Source: Thermoanaerobaculia bacterium (lineage in GTDB: Bacteria > Acidobacteriota > Thermoanaerobaculia > Multivoradales > UBA5704). From it: DNA of 29,429 nucleotides. The notes beneath the pieces are model-generated. The model saw only the letters and a list, made by a program, of their open reading frames with translations. It was not told the DNA's origin and searched no databases. Within the stretch, counting starts at the first letter, position 1. Each line of letters begins with the position of its first letter. The translations under genes and the position numbers were made by a program. Where the stretch lies: positions 1 to 29,429 of the forward strand of contig DATKFK010001020.1 in the NCBI GenBank assembly GCA_035544375.1, written 5' to 3'. Positions 28,446 through 29,429 of the stretch are shown here, piece after piece.

Positions 28446-29429
28446 TCAGTTGAAATAACCGTTGACGTCGATGATCAACTGCACCGTGCCGCTGCCGCTG
28501 AACGACGGCACGACGGCGAGACCGCCGGTGCCGTCGGTGGCGAGCGGGAGCACGGCGTTGTTGGCGCGGGTCCGGCCGGCGTCGAAGTTGATGGTGCTGG
28601 TCAGCGGCAGGTTGCTGCAAGTTCCGGGTCCGAAGCGCAGGCTACCGAGCGCCGACGGGCCGGTCACCGTGATGTTGACCGACACCGCGTGCGCCGCCAG
28701 CGGCACGCCGCAGATCCCGCCGACCGGGAAGACCCGCTCCACGCCGCCGCTCAGGGCGGGACCGCCCTGCGGTCCGTTGGGGTTGCGGGTGTCGGCGACC
28801 CGGCAGGGAGTGACGGTGTAGAAGTGGAGGTTCGACGCCGCCACCGTGCACGAACCCGAGCACCCCGGGGTGCCAGGCGCCACGCCGGTGCGCTGCGTGC
28901 CCTGGTGAAACAGCCCCCAGGGGGGCGTGCTCGAGCCGCTGTACGGGTTCCAGACGTTGATCAGCGTGTTGTTCGCGGTGCCGGAGTCGGCTGCTGAAAC
29001 GGCGACGACCTCGATCTTGGCCCCCGACGCCGACGGGTCTTCCAGGTCCCCCACCGCAACCCCGGAAAGCGTGCTCGGGGTGTAGAAGGCGTAGACCCCT
29101 GCCGGGTGGGTGCCGTCGTCGGTCAGCAGCGCGCCGGTGCGCGAGAACACGGCGACGCTGCCGTTGGTCGGCACCAGGACGTCGAGCCCGTCGCCCAAGG
29201 CGTCGGCGATGATCGGCGGCCCGGCGCTCAACGTGGCGCCGAAGAAGTCCTTGGGCGTCGCCACCCACAGCTGCGTGCCGTCACCCTTGAAGGCGTAGAC
29301 GTGGAAGGTGCTGCTCGACTCGGTGTTGTCGGCGGTCACCACCACGTCGAGCTTGCCGTCGCCGGTGAGGTCGCCCAGGGCCGGGCCGTTGAAGGCGCCG
29401 CTCTGCCCGACGATGGACACCGGCCAGCC
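28446..29429 (-). CDS. Partial (runs off window end): FG-GAP/VCBS-repeat beta-propeller protein with a C-terminal PCR-DTR domain
   Basis: Frame stays open to 29429 (GWP-VSIVG). PALGDLTGDGKLDVVV, IIADALGDGLDV, VAVGDLED repeats, PWGLFH closure motif, then TPCRVADTR...GICGVP...IIDVNGYFN. Confidence 0.85.
   Translation of the reverse strand, partial: GWPVSIVGQSGAFNGPALGDLTGDGKLDVVVTADNTESSSTFHVYAFKGDGTQLWVATPKDFFGATLSAGPPIIADALGDGLDVLVPTNGSVAVFSRTGALLTDDGTHPAGVYAFYTPSTLSGVAVGDLEDPSASGAKIEVVAVSAADSGTANNTLINVWNPYSGSSTPPWGLFHQGTQRTGVAPGTPGCSGSCTVAASNLHFYTVTPCRVADTRNPNGPQGGPALSGGVERVFPVGGICGVPLAAHAVSVNITVTGPSALGSLRFGPGTCSNLPLTSTINFDAGRTRANNAVLPLATDGTGGLAVVPSFSGSGTVQLIIDVNGYFN

Overview
Very GC-rich bacterial DNA (roughly 70-75% by eye). 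The gene content suggests Acidobacteriota (Thermoanaerobaculia-like), but that is inference. I found no rRNA, tRNA, CRISPR array or mobile element. Left part: two ~95%-identical type IV pilin/GspG-like genes (920-1456, 2895-3431) flank an oppositely oriented Zn-alcohol dehydrogenase. Each pilin gene has a sigma-54-type -24/-12 promoter and the same 14-bp site (AAAGTTGACGTTTT) exactly 108 bp upstream of it. Next come an acyl-CoA dehydrogenase/phosphotransferase/cardiolipin synthase operon and DUF1499- and DUF3617-like genes. From 8.8 kb to the end, a cell-surface glycosylation region is interleaved with metabolic genes. It holds four GT-C-type multi-pass membrane proteins (one fused to a DPM1-like GT2), a second DPM1-like GT2, an NlpC/P60 hydrolase with a structured leader, and three secreted proteins. 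These three share one ~125-aa two-Cys domain (PCRxxDTR...DVxGYF/Y) that I cannot assign to a named family. It occurs standalone, at the N-terminus of a (Gly-Pro-Ser)n collagen-like fibre, and at the C-terminus of an FG-GAP protein. The best candidate for an undescribed system is this shared-domain surface-protein family plus its neighbouring lipid-linked glycosylation machinery. All identities and counts are hand counts; no database searches were run.
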